Positions 48,812 through 57,550 of a stretch of DNA of 64,000 nucleotides are shown here, piece after piece. This stretch comes from an uncultured Planctomycetia bacterium. GTDB taxonomy: Bacteria > Omnitrophota > Gorgyraeia > Duberdicusellales > 4484-171. The DNA is taken from assembly GCA_964629655.1 (NCBI GenBank), contig CAZVQU010000001.1, positions 548,056 through 612,055 of the forward strand, written 5' to 3'. The notes under the pieces are model-generated. The model was not told the origin of the DNA. It did not search any database and saw only the letters and a program-made list of their open reading frames with translations. Each line of letters opens with the position of its first letter. Position 1 is the first letter of the stretch. Made by a program: the position numbers and the translations under genes.

Positions 48812-50524
48812 ATGACTGTCAAAGAGAAGATATTAGCACAAATTCAGAAAGATAAGAATCTAGACAAAAAGGTGTTTGCTGAAATTAGCAAGAAAACGGG
48901 TAGCTACAAAGAGTTTAGGCAGATGCTTCTAGAGAAGAACCTTATTGATGAAGAAGGATTATTGCTTATCCTCTCCAAAGAGTTGAAAATTCCCTTTTTA
49001 GACTTAAAAAAGTTTAAGGCGCCCCTAAGCAATCAAGAATTTCTTCCCCAAAACATAGCTTCCAAATATAAGGTTTTACCTATTTGCAAAATCGGCAACG
49101 CACTCACTCTTGCCACTGCTAATCCTTTAGATGTTATAGTTTATGATGATATTAAAATTATTACCGAAGCAGATAAGATCGACTTAGTACTCTCTCGAGA
49201 AGAGGATATAGTCAGAAGTTTAAATTCTCTGTATAAGACTACAGAAGATTTCTCAAAGTCCTTTGATGAAACATCTGCCGTTGACGTTCCAGAAGTTAGC
49301 GAGGCTAAAGAAGCCAGTGAGGATTTAGAGAGTTTAGTCACCGAGAGTAAACACCCTCCTATTGTAAGGGCTATCGATCTGGTTGTTTATAGCGCTTTGA
49401 AGAAAAGGGCATCTGATATTCATGTAGAGCCTTACGAGGATAAGCTATTAGTAAAGTATAGAATCGATGGCGCTTTGAATGAAGAATTTAGCTTCCCTAA
49501 GCGAAACCAGCAGGCGGTAGTAGCCAGGCTGAAGATAATTTCGGGATTAGATATAACTGAATCACGCATGCCCCAAGATGGTAGGTTTAAAGTAAAGTTT
49601 GAGAATAGAGAGATAGATTTTAGGGTTTCTAGTCTTCCTACTAATTTTGGAGAGAAATTTGTTTTGCGAGTCCTGGATAGGAAAAGTCTATCTGTAGGAT
49701 TGGAAAAATTAGGCTTTTCCGAAAAACCTTTAAAATTATTTGAAGAGGCGGTAGCAGCGCCTTTCGGAATAATCTTAGTAACCGGACCCACCGGTTCAGG
49801 TAAGTCAACGACTCTCTATTCAATAATCAGCCAAATAAATAGTCCGGAAAGGAATATAGTAACTATTGAAGATCCGGTTGAGTACCACTTAGAGGGGATA
49901 ACCCAGATTCAGGCTAATGCCGATATAGGCCTAACATTCTCGGCCGGATTGCGGTCGGTATTGCGACAATCTCCGGATATTATAATGGTAGGAGAGATAA
50001 GGGATTCAGAGACTGCCGATATTGCCATTAAGGCTTCTTTAACCGGAGAAATTATTTTTTCTACCCTCCATACCAATAGTGCTGTTGGAGCAATCAGCAG
50101 GTTAAGGGATATGGGAACAGAGCCTTTTCTCCTGGCCTCATCATTAGTTGCCTTAACTGCTCAAAGATTAGTAAGAAAATTATGTCCAAAGTGTAAAGAA
50201 AAGTATAAAATGGATAAAGAGACTTTGGAGAGGGCAGAGCTGGATTCTTTCTGTCGTGACCATAAGGGAGTGAGTGAGTTTTACCGGCCGAAAGGGTGCC
50301 CTTATTGCGAGCATAGTGGGTATCGAGGTAGAGTTGCTATCATTGAGGTCATTCTCCTAGATGACAAAATAAAAGAAATGATTGTCGAAAAACTTTCTGA
50401 AAGTGATATTATTGAATATGCCAGGAAGTTTAGGGGGTATAATTCTTTAAGGGAAGATGGATTATTGAAGTGTTTAGCCGGAGAGACCTCTATTGAGGAA
50501 GTCATAAGAGTAACATCAGAATAA
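48812..50524 (+). CDS. type IV pilus assembly ATPase PilB/GspE (paralogue 2)
   Basis: 570 aa with an N-terminal T2SSE_N domain, Walker A GPTGSGKSTT and CPKC...CPYC. Confidence 0.9.
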   Translation: MTVKEKILAQIQKDKNLDKKVFAEISKKTGSYKEFRQMLLEKNLIDEEGLLLILSKELKIPFLDLKKFKAPLSNQEFLPQNIASKYKVLPICKIGNALTLATANPLDVIVYDDIKIITEADKIDLVLSREEDIVRSLNSLYKTTEDFSKSFDETSAVDVPEVSEAKEASEDLESLVTESKHPPIVRAIDLVVYSALKKRASDIHVEPYEDKLLVKYRIDGALNEEFSFPKRNQQAVVARLKIISGLDITESRMPQDGRFKVKFENREIDFRVSSLPTNFGEKFVLRVLDRKSLSVGLEKLGFSEKPLKLFEEAVAAPFGIILVTGPTGSGKSTTLYSIISQINSPERNIVTIEDPVEYHLEGITQIQANADIGLTFSAGLRSVLRQSPDIIMVGEIRDSETADIAIKASLTGEIIFSTLHTNSAVGAISRLRDMGTEPFLLASSLVALTAQRLVRKLCPKCKEKYKMDKETLERAELDSFCRDHKGVSEFYRPKGCPYCEHSGYRGRVAIIEVILLDDKIKEMIVEKLSESDIIEYARKFRGYNSLREDGLLKCLAGETSIEEVIRVTSE

Positions 50525-50525
50525 A

Positions 50526-51740
50526 ATGAAAATATTTTTTTACAACATCAAAAATAAAGAAGGTAAAGTGTTAAAGGGAATGATTGAGGCTGAGTCCCAA
50601 GAAAAAGCAATAGAGCACTTCCAGAAGGAAGGGCTCATAATTCTGTCAATCAAAGAGACTAAGAAGAAGATAAAAGTAAAGGCAAAGGGCAAGGTTAAAG
50701 TTGATGATTTAGTGGTTTTCTCCCGCCAATTCACAACCTTAATCGAGAGCGGAATACCAGTCGTTGAATGTTTGAGTATCTTAGAAGAGCAAGTAGAAAA
50801 TCCCTATTTTAAAGGGGTTATCAATCTAATACTCAAGGATGTTCGTGAAGGAGCAGCTCTTTCCGATGCTTTATCTAAACATAAGGATGTATTTCCTGAT
50901 ATCTACCTAAGTATGGTAGAAGCAGCCGAATTCTCAGGGAATTTACCTGAAATATTAGACCGGGTATCAATTTATTTAGAGAAGAGCAGCGCTTTGAAGA
51001 AAAAGGTAACTTCAGCTCTTTACTACCCGGCTATTATTATATTAATGGCGGTAGGTATAACTGGATTTTTAGTGTTTAAGGTAATCCCTACCTTTAAGGG
51101 GATATTTGCATCTTTGGGAGGCAAATTGCCTCTGCCGACCCAAATTTTAATAAGTTTTTCTGATGCTTTGACCAAGAAAGAATCTGTTGTTCTCCTAATC
51201 GCGCTCATTTTCGGGGGTTTCTTTAGCATCAAGGCTTACATTAATACTCCTAAGGGTAAGAAAGTCTTTCATAGACTTATACTTAAACTTCCAGTAGTCG
51301 GAGGACTAATAAGAAAAATGGCTATTGCTAAATTTTCCCGGACATTCTCTACTCTGGTAAAAAGTGGCGTATCCATAGTCAAATGTTTAGAGATTGTAGG
51401 CAAAACCTCGGGAAATAAAATAGTAGAGGATGCTGTAATGGAGTCCAAGATTGCCATCCAGGAAGGCCAACCTATTTCTGTTCCTCTTGAGAAGACCGGA
51501 GTATTTCCGACCATGGTTATTAAGATGATATCTATAGGCGAGAGGAGTGGTCGGCTAGAGGAGATGCTGTCAAAGATAGCTCAGTTTTACGAGGAGCAGA
51601 CTGATGCTATGGTGGCAGGCCTAGCCAGCCTTATAGAGCCCCTGGTAATAGCTTTTTTGGGCATTATTGTAGGGGGAATAGTCATCTCTTTATTCCTGCC
51701 AATAATAAAAATGACCCAATTTATAGGCGGAATGAGCTGA
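50526..51740 (+). CDS. pilC: type IV pilus platform protein PilC/GspF
   Basis: 404 aa with two T2SSF repeats and 3 TM helices. Confidence 0.9.
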   Translation: MKIFFYNIKNKEGKVLKGMIEAESQEKAIEHFQKEGLIILSIKETKKKIKVKAKGKVKVDDLVVFSRQFTTLIESGIPVVECLSILEEQVENPYFKGVINLILKDVREGAALSDALSKHKDVFPDIYLSMVEAAEFSGNLPEILDRVSIYLEKSSALKKKVTSALYYPAIIILMAVGITGFLVFKVIPTFKGIFASLGGKLPLPTQILISFSDALTKKESVVLLIALIFGGFFSIKAYINTPKGKKVFHRLILKLPVVGGLIRKMAIAKFSRTFSTLVKSGVSIVKCLEIVGKTSGNKIVEDAVMESKIAIQEGQPISVPLEKTGVFPTMVIKMISIGERSGRLEEMLSKIAQFYEEQTDAMVAGLASLIEPLVIAFLGIIVGGIVISLFLPIIKMTQFIGGMS

Positions 51741-51742
51741 CA

Positions 51743-51771
51743 TTGACATTCCATGCCCCCTGTGGTATATT
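51743..51771 (+). promoter_or_regulatory. sigma70-type promoter (TTGACA-17-TATATT) for pilin gene 1
   Basis: TTGACA at 51743-51748 and TATATT at 51766-51771, about 100 nt upstream of the ATG. Confidence 0.5.
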
Positions 51772-51876
51772 TTAGGTGCGTTCTTTTATATATATATTTA
51801 GCCGCAGGGTCCTTAAAAAGGGGGTGAAAAAAGGTACAAAGATGGACCTTGGCCATTAAAAAACGGAGGTGTAAAG

Positions 51877-52296
51877 ATGAGAAAAGGTTTTACATTAGTT
51901 GAGATTATGATCGTTGTTGCCATTATTGCTCTTTTGGCAGCAATAGCTATTCCAAACCTTCTAAGAGCAAGAGTAAACGCTGCCCAAGCTTATGCCCAGG
52001 CTGCTTTGAGAACTATATCTACAGCTTACGAGAGCTACGCTTCAGCCAATGCCGGAAGTTACAATGAGACTCTGGCTAATTTGGCAACCGTCGCTGTACA
52101 CGACCCAGTTTATCTTAATCAGAACTTTGCAGCTTGTACAGCAGGAGCTCCTTGTCAGAATTACTCATTTGCCTGTACTCCTGCTGCAGGAAGCTATACT
52201 TGCACAGCTACCGGCCAGGGGGCTATCGCGGGGAAAGCAAACAACTATCAGGTTGTAACCGGAGGGAACCTAACTTCAACCGGAACCGGCTCATAA
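51877..52296 (+). CDS. pilA: type IV major pilin (prepilin)
   Basis: MRKGFTLVEIMIVVAIIALLAAIAIPNLL class III signal, and a C-terminal Cys-containing D-region. Confidence 0.85.
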   Translation: MRKGFTLVEIMIVVAIIALLAAIAIPNLLRARVNAAQAYAQAALRTISTAYESYASANAGSYNETLANLATVAVHDPVYLNQNFAACTAGAPCQNYSFACTPAAGSYTCTATGQGAIAGKANNYQVVTGGNLTSTGTGS

Positions 52297-52321
52297 TTAA
52301 CTTCAAAGGATTCAATTCTAA

Positions 52322-52352
52322 CCGCCTCTTTGCAAAAAGAGGCGGTTTTTTA
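52322..52352 (+). terminator. intrinsic terminator after pilin gene 1
   Basis: CCGCCTCTTT-gcaaaa-AGAGGCGG followed by TTTTTT. Confidence 0.75.
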
Positions 52353-52416
52353 TTGCCTTGGTTTTTTCTTCCCTTGTCATGCCTAAGATATTTTGTTATT
52401 ATTTTACTATTAGACT

Positions 52417-54411
52417 ATGAGTCTCGAAAACAAAACAAAATTTAATACTACTATTGCCGAAGCCTCTAAGATAACAACAGGCCTGACCTTTCTTTTGATA
52501 TTCTTAGAGTCTTTAGGGAATTACACCTTTTTTTATAATCATTTTCCCCGCAGAGGCTTCTTTACCATTATCTTTAATACCACCATATTAAAGTTTATCA
52601 GCTTGCCAATATTGCAACTTACTCTGGTTACTTTTTCAGTATACTTTTTCGTGATTTTCTTCTTTATCTATACGCTTTTCTTATTGAAAGAAAACTTATG
52701 CTTAAACGGCAAAAAGGCTAATTATTTTTTCTTCATATTTTCGGTAATAAGCATCTACATAGCTCTCTATGCTTGCTATGGCTTAAATGGATTTTTATGT
52801 CCCCATTCGCAAGAACGACATCCCTTTCTTTATGAGACATTTTTTTTCCTAGAAAATAATTTTTATCAGCCTTTACCAGTTTGGGTCAAGATCAGTTACT
52901 ATCTCGCTTTTTTTTATTGGCTGGGAATATTTATATTTACCCTAAAAAAAGCAAAACGAAGGGCACTTCTGATTTCAATGCCAATAATCGCTGCGTTTAT
53001 TGTAGGCCTTTCTTTGCTGGTCTCTAGTTTTCTTCCGATTAGAGAGTTTAAAAAGAAGGATAATATTATTTTTATTGGCATAGATTCACTTCAATACAAC
53101 CAGCTTTCTCAGGATTGGGGGTACGGGAAAGATTTAGCTCCCAATATCTATGAGTTTCTAGAGGACTCAACTTGCTTTATGAATGCCTGGACCCCCTTTG
53201 CCAGAACCTACCCCTCCTACAATAGCATATTGACTGGCCGCTACCCGATAAACAATGGAGCCAGGGCAAATTTAGTCCAGGACCATCGTCTCAGCTCAGA
53301 CAATTTATACTTAGGAGATGTTTTAAAAGAAAGGGGCTACTATAGACTGCACTGCACTGATGATGTACGATTTAGTAATGTCGGGGAACAACATGGTTTT
53401 GATGAGGTGTTTAGTCCCCGTAAAGACATTGCTGGCCTTTTAGCTACGGCTTTTTATGATTATGCTTTTTGTAACATAATGATTCAGAAGGATATTTTGC
53501 CATGGTTTTTCAGCCCTGTTTCCTATAACCGGGCCCATATTGCCTACAATCCTAAAGGCTTTATAAGGGCTGTGGCTAGGCGCATCAACAGTCTTCCCAG
53601 GGATAGGCGCCAATTTATTACTATTCATTTATGCGCCAACCACCAACCATATTCTTCCTCATATCTCTATGAGCGGGACCAGACTTTAACAGATCCCTCT
53701 GAGCGGTGTATAGCCATGGTTGATGATCAGTTTAAAGAGCTGATCCAATATCTTAAGAGGAGTGGGTTGTATGATAAATCAAAGATTGTATTGTTATCTG
53801 ACCATGGGTGTGGGTGGAGTGATAAGGAAATTAACTTAACTCATGGAAGTGATTTTTATTCTCCCTGGGCCAACAGGATAGTTCTTGGATTTCACCCTAA
53901 CTTAAAAGGTGAATTTCCCCGAAGAATCACCAATTTAGCAAGAAGCATAGATATTTACCCTACAATTCTTGAGATGCTAAATATAGACATACCTGAAGAT
54001 ATAGACGGTAGGAGTCTGTTGCCGTTAATGCGAGGGGAGGAAGAAGATCCGCGAAGATTATTTGCTGAATCAGGATATTCTTTTCGTATTCATTTTGGCC
54101 AAGAGATTATGGTCGATCCCAAAAGCATTCGTTCCCAGATAAAGCGCTTTAAGGTAGACTCTGAGACCGGCTTTGTCTATGTGCGCGATGAGGATTACCA
54201 GGAGATTATAGATAAGAAGTGGTATATGCTAATAGATAAAGATCAGAGATTAGCATATAATCCTTTCCTGGATATTGCCGAAGTGTTTAGAATAGATACG
54301 GAATCCGGAGAAGATATTCCATCTGTGCCCCAAGGGCAAGATTCACAGCTATATTCGGAGAGAGGAAAAGGACTGCTAAGAGAGCTTAAGAGACATTTTA
54401 AGCTAAGGTGA
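52417..54411 (+). CDS. polytopic membrane protein with sulfatase / alkaline-phosphatase-superfamily domain (LtaS/EptA/PptA-like)
   Basis: About 7 N-terminal TM helices, then IIFIGIDSLQYNQLS... and a metal-binding-like DHG (LLSDHGCGW). It sits between the two pilin genes. Confidence 0.65.
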   Translation: MSLENKTKFNTTIAEASKITTGLTFLLIFLESLGNYTFFYNHFPRRGFFTIIFNTTILKFISLPILQLTLVTFSVYFFVIFFFIYTLFLLKENLCLNGKKANYFFFIFSVISIYIALYACYGLNGFLCPHSQERHPFLYETFFFLENNFYQPLPVWVKISYYLAFFYWLGIFIFTLKKAKRRALLISMPIIAAFIVGLSLLVSSFLPIREFKKKDNIIFIGIDSLQYNQLSQDWGYGKDLAPNIYEFLEDSTCFMNAWTPFARTYPSYNSILTGRYPINNGARANLVQDHRLSSDNLYLGDVLKERGYYRLHCTDDVRFSNVGEQHGFDEVFSPRKDIAGLLATAFYDYAFCNIMIQKDILPWFFSPVSYNRAHIAYNPKGFIRAVARRINSLPRDRRQFITIHLCANHQPYSSSYLYERDQTLTDPSERCIAMVDDQFKELIQYLKRSGLYDKSKIVLLSDHGCGWSDKEINLTHGSDFYSPWANRIVLGFHPNLKGEFPRRITNLARSIDIYPTILEMLNIDIPEDIDGRSLLPLMRGEEEDPRRLFAESGYSFRIHFGQEIMVDPKSIRSQIKRFKVDSETGFVYVRDEDYQEIIDKKWYMLIDKDQRLAYNPFLDIAEVFRIDTESGEDIPSVPQGQDSQLYSERGKGLLRELKRHFKLR

Positions 54412-54423
54412 CCCTTGCTGGTA

Positions 54424-54452
54424 TTGACAGAGGCGTTTATGTGTAATAGAAT
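54424..54452 (+). promoter_or_regulatory. sigma70-type promoter (TTGACA-17-TAGAAT) for pilin gene 2
   Basis: TTGACA at 54424-54429 and TAGAAT at 54447-54452. Confidence 0.5.
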
Positions 54453-54476
54453 AGACACGATATTTGGTGAGGCATA

Positions 54477-54899
54477 ATGGATAGAAAATATACAAAAAAA
54501 GGGTTTACCCTTGTTGAGATTATGATTGTAATCGCTATTATTGTTATAGTAATAGCAATGACTAGCGTTAATCTCGTCAGGTCAAAAACGACTGCGGTTG
54601 AAGCCAACGCCCAAGCTACCTTAAAAACAATAGGCACTGCAATGGAGTCTTATTCCGGTGTGACTGGTGGGCGATATCCCCAGGGTATTGATTTAAGCCA
54701 GTTATATGATCCTGACCCTAAGTATATCAATAAAGATTATGTTGCCGATTGCACCACTGGTTCTCCTTGCCAAGGATATGCTTATAGTTGCGTTTTAGCC
54801 TCATCAGGTTACACCTGCACAGCGACTCCTGACGAAAATTACACCGGTGCTCGAACTTACCAAATTGTGACCGGAAGCAAATTGACAACGGTTGAATAA
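54477..54899 (+). CDS. type IV major pilin paralogue 2
   Basis: KKGFTLVEIMIVIAIIVIVIAM. The C-terminus is paralogous to pilin 1 (GSPCQGY..SC....GYTCTAT). Confidence 0.85.
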   Translation: MDRKYTKKGFTLVEIMIVIAIIVIVIAMTSVNLVRSKTTAVEANAQATLKTIGTAMESYSGVTGGRYPQGIDLSQLYDPDPKYINKDYVADCTTGSPCQGYAYSCVLASSGYTCTATPDENYTGARTYQIVTGSKLTTVE

Positions 54900-54997
54900 C
54901 AACCCTCTTTTTAGTTTCTCAAACCGATATTTTTAAGCAAGTTTTCGTTAATTTCCGCTAAGGTGTTGTTGAGAAGCCTTTTTGAACAAGAGATACG

Positions 54998-55026
54998 TTG
55001 ACATAGCTAAGCTTAAGTAATAAAAT
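54998..55026 (+). promoter_or_regulatory. sigma70-type promoter (TTGACA-17-TAAAAT) for the pilMNOPQ operon
   Basis: TTGACATAGCTAAGCTTAAGTAATAAAAT, about 95 nt upstream of pilM. Confidence 0.45.
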
Positions 55027-55120
55027 ACTTACAAAGGATATATTTTTTTCTTAGAATGCGTTTTTTGAGTGAAAGCGCAAGGGGAAAAGTGTATCAAGAG
55101 GTAGCTCTGACTATAAACTA

Positions 55121-56119
55121 ATGGATTTAACCTTCCTACAAAATAAATTTGTAAAAAAAGAAGTTGAGAAATTTGTCGCAATTAACCTAGGAGAGTACTA
55201 TATAAAAGGGTTAATTGTTGAGGCCGGCAAAGTTACAGATTACTTTTTAGCCAAGAGAGAAGATTTATCGACCACGATAAAAAAGCTTTGGGCCGAAAAG
55301 AAGATCTCGGTTAAAAAAGTAAAGGTATCAGTCAAAAATCCGGCCTGTTTAGTCAGATACTTTCCTTTTCCTAAGATGGAGAAGAAGAAGCTAAGCCAAG
55401 CCCTCTTCTACGAGATGAACAAATTCATTCCTTTTGCTTCCGATAAGGTATACTTTGATTTTTCTGTCCTCAAAGAGAATTCTTCCGCAGAACTATCGAT
55501 ATTGCTTGCAGTAGCCAAGAAGGAATTTATCGATAATATTTTAGAGTCTTTTGGGAAGGTTGGCTTGAGAGCAACTGAGGTTAATCTGGACAGCATATGT
55601 CTTACTAATCTCTTTTTAAATAATTACCAAGATATCAAAGATGTAAATTCTTGTATATTAGATATCGGGTATAATTTTTCTACCATGACTATTGTAAATA
55701 ATGGTATTCCTTTTCTTACCCGAGATGTGAAGTTCAGCGCAAGAGAGGTATTTCAGATTTTATCGCGCATAAAAGGCCAATCTCTTGCTGACATAGAGAA
55801 AGATCTATTCGCTTCCAAAGACAGTAGCGAGTTTCTAAAGTCAACCCAGGATAGTATCTTAAGCTTTTGTAAAGAGCTGAAGAGCTCCTTTGATTATTTT
55901 GAGGTGAATAAAAGCGAGCCAATAAATAAATTATACCTTAGCGGAGGCTTAGCTTCAGTGAAGGGCATAGAGAATGTTTTCATCGAGGCTCTGGATATCG
56001 AGGTAGAGATATTAAGACCTTTTTTTGAAAAGGATGAAAAGCTTGATAAAGTCTTCTCTAGCAAAGAATTTAATATTTTTAAGAATAGCTTTTCAGTACC
56101 TTTTGGTTTGATTCTATGA
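55121..56119 (+). CDS. pilM: type IV pilus assembly protein PilM (actin-like ATPase fold)
   Basis: 332 aa starting the pilMNOPQ order, with an FtsA/PilM-like fold. Confidence 0.8.
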   Translation: MDLTFLQNKFVKKEVEKFVAINLGEYYIKGLIVEAGKVTDYFLAKREDLSTTIKKLWAEKKISVKKVKVSVKNPACLVRYFPFPKMEKKKLSQALFYEMNKFIPFASDKVYFDFSVLKENSSAELSILLAVAKKEFIDNILESFGKVGLRATEVNLDSICLTNLFLNNYQDIKDVNSCILDIGYNFSTMTIVNNGIPFLTRDVKFSAREVFQILSRIKGQSLADIEKDLFASKDSSEFLKSTQDSILSFCKELKSSFDYFEVNKSEPINKLYLSGGLASVKGIENVFIEALDIEVEILRPFFEKDEKLDKVFSSKEFNIFKNSFSVPFGLIL

Positions 56120-56679
56120 AGAAGATAATCATAAACTTAAGCCCTCAAAAAGAGACCGCTGCAACTGCCCTTTTGCAAAGAGTAGTCTCTTATACATCTC
56201 TGGGGGGATTAACTGCTGCCCTTGTTTTAGTACTAATCATATTCTTACAGATGTTTATCATTAAACAGACCTACGATTGTTCAAAATACAATAAGAAGTG
56301 GGAGGCATGGGAGAGTAAGTATAAGGAAATGAAGGAGATAAAGAAGGGAATAGCTAAACTAGAGAAGGTGAAAAACAAGCTAGAAGAAATCGCTACCCCC
56401 AAGTATGACATTGTTCTTATCCTTGAAGGTATCTTCTCTTCTCTGCCTAAAAACGTATGGTTTGAGGGTTTAGATTTTGAGAAGGGGGTCATTAGTTTAA
56501 GGGGTTATGTTGTAAAATGGAGAGAAGATTATCTGGTTTCCGTCGATAGTTTCATAAATTCTTTACGGGAACAGGAGTACTTTTCTTCAAAGTTTAAGAA
56601 GGTGAATATAAAAGAGTCTAAAAGATCAAGCTTCAATGGCGTCGAGACGCTAAAATTTATTATCGAATGCAAAAAATAA
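56116..56679 (+). CDS. pilN: PilN-like bitopic protein
   Basis: N-terminal TM, coiled coil, positioned after pilM. Confidence 0.6.
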   Translation: MKKIIINLSPQKETAATALLQRVVSYTSLGGLTAALVLVLIIFLQMFIIKQTYDCSKYNKKWEAWESKYKEMKEIKKGIAKLEKVKNKLEEIATPKYDIVLILEGIFSSLPKNVWFEGLDFEKGVISLRGYVVKWREDYLVSVDSFINSLREQEYFSSKFKKVNIKESKRSSFNGVETLKFIIECKK

Positions 56680-57209
56680 ATATAGATAAACCAACTTTGG
56701 GTTTTATTGTTGTGGCAGCCATTCTGGTGGTTGAGTTGCTTGTTATATTTCCCTGGGAGGTCAGCAAAATAGGGGCTTTGACTAGAAGAGGAAATAAGCT
56801 TATTGAAAAGCTTAACGCTATTGAGAATGAATGGCCGAGAAAGGAGCAATACCTAGAAAGCAAAGAGTTATTAAAAAAGGAGATTCAAAGAGCCCGCGGA
56901 AAGTTTATTGTCCGCGATCAAGAGTCTAAGGCACTTTCGTTTATATCCGTCAGCAGCAAAGCTTTTGGAATCGAAATCAATCTCCTTACACCCGGAGATT
57001 TAAAAAGTTATACCAAGACAAAGGTCGGTAACTTTAAATATCTACCGATTAAGGTCAAAGCAAAGGGGAATTTTCATAATTTAGCGATGTTTTTAGATCA
57101 CCTTAGCGATAGCCAGTATTTTTTCGAAGTTAAAAAGTTAACTATATTGTCCGGTTCTCCTTATAATTCAGTGGAGATAATGATATGCGGAGCTGTTGCA
57201 GTAAAATAA
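56667..57209 (+). CDS. pilO: PilO-like bitopic protein
   Basis: N-terminal TM plus periplasmic domain, positioned between pilN and the secretin. Confidence 0.55.
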   Translation: MQKINIDKPTLGFIVVAAILVVELLVIFPWEVSKIGALTRRGNKLIEKLNAIENEWPRKEQYLESKELLKKEIQRARGKFIVRDQESKALSFISVSSKAFGIEINLLTPGDLKSYTKTKVGNFKYLPIKVKAKGNFHNLAMFLDHLSDSQYFFEVKKLTILSGSPYNSVEIMICGAVAVK

Positions 57210-57550
57210 CCTCAATATTTTTTATTACGATCTTATCTTTTATGATCATTTATCCTTTCTGTTTCGGGGAAAGTAAATATGCTTTTAAGCTAACCGATAG
57301 AGATCCTTTTTCTCCTTTGGTTAGCAAGAATGGCACCTTGATAATACCACGGGAAATAGATTTAGGACGTTTGGTTGTAAAGGGTATAATATATTCTAAG
57401 GAATCCCCGGTGGCTATCATTAATGATGAAGTAGTCGAAAGAGGTGAAAAAATTGGCGATTATCTTGTTTTAGAGATAGAGGAAAAAAGAATTATTTTAA
57501 AAAAGGGTGATAAAGAATTCATATTAAAACTAGAGGAGGATGAAGAATGA
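57185..57550 (+). CDS. PilP-like small periplasmic protein
   Basis: 121 aa with a signal peptide, lying immediately upstream of the secretin. Confidence 0.4.
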   Translation: MRSCCSKITSIFFITILSFMIIYPFCFGESKYAFKLTDRDPFSPLVSKNGTLIIPREIDLGRLVVKGIIYSKESPVAIINDEVVERGEKIGDYLVLEIEEKRIILKKGDKEFILKLEEDEE

